Positions 59,790 through 64,000 of a stretch of 64,000 bases of DNA are shown piece after piece. How positions within the stretch are numbered: position 1 is the stretch's first letter; every line of letters begins with the position of its first letter. The position numbers and the translations under genes are program-made. The DNA is from Dimorphilus gyrociliatus (lineage: Eukaryota > Animalia > Annelida), in assembly GCA_904063045.1 (NCBI GenBank), contig CAJFCJ010000050.1:58263-122262 (forward strand), read 5' to 3'. The notes beneath the pieces are model-generated. The model was given only the letters and a program-made list of their open reading frames with translations. It searched no databases and was not told where the DNA came from.

Positions 59790-62700
59790 TTGCACCACAT
59801 TTCTCCAATATTTTTCTTAAATTGTAGCCTTTCTTGCAAGATTTTCTCCTTTTTCCTTTGAAGTGATAAGAAAATTTCATCAATTGAAAAAATGATCAGG
59901 TTCAGTTGCAATTTCAAATATATAAATATTGGTATTATTGTATCAGCATCTGTGCTGCTTTCAAATTCATTAAAGAGTATAAGAAGGCCTATTGTGTGAC
60001 AAAAATATTAGTGTATTACATAATATGAAATAAAATTGAATAGGGTGTCAAACCAAAAATTGCTAAAGGAATTGAACTAAGTACATTAACAAGAATGATT
60101 ATAAAAACTTTTGAATAGACCTTGGATGATTTACTAGAAAAGCTGATGTCACTAGAAGTTTCCTTGGATAAATATTTTACATAAAATATGATTTTTAAAT
60201 ATAAAAGTGAAATTATTATTGTTATTATGGGGTCAAAGACACAAAAGGAAAGTATAAAGAATATCTTGATTTTTGAATTGACATTTCTGGTTGCAATAAA
60301 AGTACAGATTGGTGATTTGTGTTGGTTTGTCTATAAAAAACAAAGGATGAGAAATACATGGCTGGATGAGTAAGTATGTAGGCACTATCTACCAAATCTA
60401 GTAAATATGAAAAACTTGACAATAACATTGAAAAACAAATGGTAAAACCAACAATGAGTTTGATATTCTTTTTAAAAAATGTCTCATTATTAATGCTACA
60501 AATAGTTGAGTGTCTATCTATAGTTATGAAGAGTATAGTTAAGGATGAAATATAAAATGACCACATCACTAGTAGTCTAAGACAATGACAAAAATTGCTA
60601 TTTTTCCAAATGTCCTCTGATTCGATGTAAACTCCCCTATAATGTTGGTTGATACCAGAAATTGACAAAAAATATATGGAAAGTGATAATGAGACAATGC
60701 TCAATAAGACATTATGATGTTTAAAAGACTTCTCTGATTTTAAAAATAGATAGATTGAATAAAAACTAAAAATAACACCAAAAATACCAAAACCCCAAAA
60801 TGTAATAATAATAAAATTTAAATTTAAAATATTTTTACAATGTTTTGAAATATTAAATTCAAATTCACATACTGCATTACTACTCAACATTTTCCAAACA
60901 TAACAACAGTATTTAAAATAGTCAACATGAATTGTTTGGGTATTTTTTAAACTTTTAGTTAACTGAATGAACATTTTCATTTTGAAAAAAGTATTCTTCA
61001 TTGATAGAAATTTCAAATGATTTAATGATTGAAATGGTTGATTTTCAGTTGTTTTTATAGGGCAATTGTCAAATTTTAATACTTGTAGATGAGTTAAAGC
61101 TTTAAAAACTGTATATGACAATTTGGAGACTTTTGTTGATGAAAAATCTAAATATTTCAAAGTTGTACAATTTAACTGAATAAAAAATGATAATGAATTT
61201 ATCATTGTGTTTGATATTGTTAGATTTTGTAATAAATTTAATTGTGATATAAGAACTCTATTAGTTTCTATATTTGTATTTTTTATAAATAAATATACTA
61301 AATTTGGAAAGAATTTTGACACTGAAATATTTAAATGTGATGCATTTTCAATATGTAAATATTTGAGGGTATTTGAAATTTGCATTTTATGAAAATTTGA
61401 TGGAATCATTCCATTCAGTTTTATTTCAGTAAAATATTCAATTGAAATATTATTCTCCATATTTAAATTATTTTCAGAATTACATTCTAACTGAAAATAT
61501 CCTATTTGTTTGCAATTTCTATTCACATCTCCATTAATAGAATTTGGTAAGTCACAATTTAATTCATCACTTCCACTTAGGCAGTCAATTTCTCCATTAC
61601 AAAGATGTTCAAGTTTTATATAAATTGTGTCATTTGAACATTTAAAATAACCTCTTGGGATAAAGTTATCTTTGAAAGTAAATTATTAAAATTAATAGAC
61701 TGGTTCCAGTAAACTATTATTCATTTCCTACCACATTCAGTTTCATCATCTCCCAAGTAACAATGGTGAATTCCATCGCAAACTTGTTTAATTGATATAC
61801 AAAAATCTTTTGTATGGCATAAATATTCACCAACATTGCATGTAATTGTTGAACATTTCTCTCTTTCTTCAAATAGATTTGTTATTGAAATCCCCATAGA
61901 GCTTTGTTTATAGAAGCAGCCAGCTGAGTTTTCTGCTACTTTAGTTGAATTTATTTCATCTTCACTCTCGCAATCTGTTTTTCCATCATTGATCAAGAAA
62001 TCTGGTATACAAAATTCATTGCATTGCAATTGTGTATCTTTGTTACAAGCTGGATAATAAAATTATATAAAATAGAATTTGAAAATTATTCAAGTTAATT
62101 TAAACTGGTTTCCTGTTTTACTTTCAGTAAAATTTTCAGATATTGAATATAAACTATTGCAGATTTCATCACTCTCATCCAGACAATTTTTTTTATTATT
62201 ACAAACATATTTTTCAGGAATACATTGTTTATTATTGCAACTTCTAAGAGGTGAAGAGATCTTGCTCAATCATTTATCAAGTGCACAGAATGAAGAATAG
62301 GAGAAGTTTAATTGGTTGGAGTTTGAGATATCTCCTTGCAACATTTTCTCCCATTACCCCAATTTTTTCTTACCTTTTTCCCATTTTGCATTTCTTATAT
62401 TCTGTTGTAAAGAAAAAAATCCACATAAATAGAACATATTGATTGTGTACTAAGACCAAATTCTGGCCTCTTAATACCACAATGCAATTCATCAGATTTG
62501 TCATGACAATCATAGTAGAAGTTACAAACTTTTAGGAGAGAGATTGTTTCATTTGATGTAAAACAATGAAAAAACTTGATTGAATTATTTCCTTCATTTT
62601 GTTGTTCATCTTCATTTGAAAAACAATCATTATATCCATCAGCTACATAAATTATATTTATATAAAATTCAAATTTTGAACAAAAGAATGCATTTGGATG

Positions 62701-63985
62701 TTTTGTTATATCTTTTGTCAATGGAAGCTGGTTAATAAAAGTTAATTTTTTTTTAAATTCTATAAAAAAAACAATTATTTCAGGTGAATTTTGAAAATTT
62801 CTAATGTTTTATCAACTTATAATCTTTTGACAAGTAATATACATTTGCCAATTTCCTAAACAAGTTATCTGTGAATATGAAATTCTTAAATATCTTGAAT
62901 AGTCAGTTTGTTTAATCTGAAATCAAAATGTGAATGGATACATTAATTTAAATATTTGAAAAAATGAAATACAAATACTGTACTGAAAATTTAATTTTAT
63001 ATAGAAAATTTTCACATAGCTTATTAATCTTTGCAGTATAACCAGTTTCAAATAAGTGTTTATTTATATATCTGAGATTTTTCATATTCTATCAAAACAA
63101 GAATGCATCAGGCTTGTAATATAAACTCAAATAAACCATAGAAACTTACTTTTTGGTTTAAATATGGAGGAACACTTAATGTCCTTCCACTGGTCGTCAC
63201 ATAAATGTATTTATCTCTCCAATATTGTCTTTTCACTAAAACTGAAAAAAAAATTTTTTTAATTATTTTTTGTGTGCCCAAAGCAACAAAAGTTTTACTT
63301 TGGAAACCAAATGGATTTTCTTCTGAATATTTTTCCATTTTTGGCTCTTTCACATAAGATAAAAATAATGCCACAAATTGTGAATTTTGTGTTGGATAAT
63401 CAGAGAATGTTAGATTCCTCTGAATACAAAACTGTTTCATTTTTGATATTGACAGAAGCTTATTATATTTGAATGTATAATAGCAGACATCATATATTTG
63501 AATGGTGGATTTTGTTAGGCAATCAGTAAACATTATTCAAACATTAGATTAATTAGACTGGTAAATAGTTCAATATTCTTACTTTCAATTACATTTTCAT
63601 GAGAACATTCAATCAAGTAGGGAAGCCATTTTCTTGATTTTCTTTTTAAGTGATTGATTGTTTGATTACCAGCAACAAAATTAAATAACTCTTACCTTTT
63701 CCTCTGCAATGTACAAAGAGGAAGTGTTGTATTGCTACATATTATTGTTTCAAAAGCATCAATGTTATTCATTTCATATCTTTCTGGACTTGATACAAAA
63801 TTTATAATACTGGTTTCTTGAATTATTTTTCCATAATTAAAGCCAAAATATTTACAAATAGTTAGAATTTCAAAATTCTCCAAAAATCGAAAATTATACC
63901 AAGAATTTTTATACAAAATCTGAAAAATGCCTGAAAATATCTTGTGTTTTTCTTCAATTTCATAATGCACACTATTATTTTCCAT
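59790..63985 (-). CDS. Multi-exon SRCR/CTL-like + LDLa + LRR class A GPCR (GRL101/LGR type C-like), 5' end beyond the window
   Basis: LDLa repeats (VCDGIHHCYLGDDE, CNFYYDCHDKSDE, HLCNGEIDCLSG), LRRs, Cys hinge YCC, IYFLSI...WKNSNFCH...ITIDRH. TM5-TM7 are recovered via two inferred introns at about 60330-60390 and 59985-60045. Confidence 0.85.
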
Positions 63986-64000
63986 ATCATAAAAGCGATA

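Overview
AT-rich eukaryotic (invertebrate animal) genomic DNA with short GT-AG introns of about 60-85 bp. The gene content looks lophotrochozoan/annelid-like; this is inference and the taxon was not verified. The centrepiece is a very young, full-length Ty3/gypsy LTR retrotransposon on the minus strand (17371-26686). It has 635-bp LTRs differing at one base, an ATAG target-site duplication (TSD), a tRNA-Ser-type PBS and a PPT. Besides gag-PR-RT-RNaseH-IN it carries a second complete retropepsin (DTG) downstream of integrase, an acidic repeat spacer and a class III (herpes gB/chuvirus/rhabdovirus-like) envelope. Three single-base indels, each in a short homopolymer or repeat, separate the pieces; correcting them gives one polyprotein of about 2650 aa. 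An older, deleted relative lies at about 50870-51475. The rest of the window is a transposon-rich cluster of immune, lectin and receptor genes: a frameshifted NACHT-LRR (NLR) gene and LRR fragments, three F-type lectin genes, a discoidin/FAMeT-like gene, a CASPR-type fibrinogen-like secreted protein, a class A GPCR and two LDLa-LRR (GRL101-like) GPCRs. It also holds intron-containing PHD/FLYWCH Mutator-like (MULE) transposons, a mariner remnant and a 207-bp MITE family carrying telomere-like (CCCTAA)n motifs. Many frameshifts fall in homopolymers, so some apparent pseudogenes may be assembly artefacts. All family assignments come from motif recognition by eye; no searches were run.
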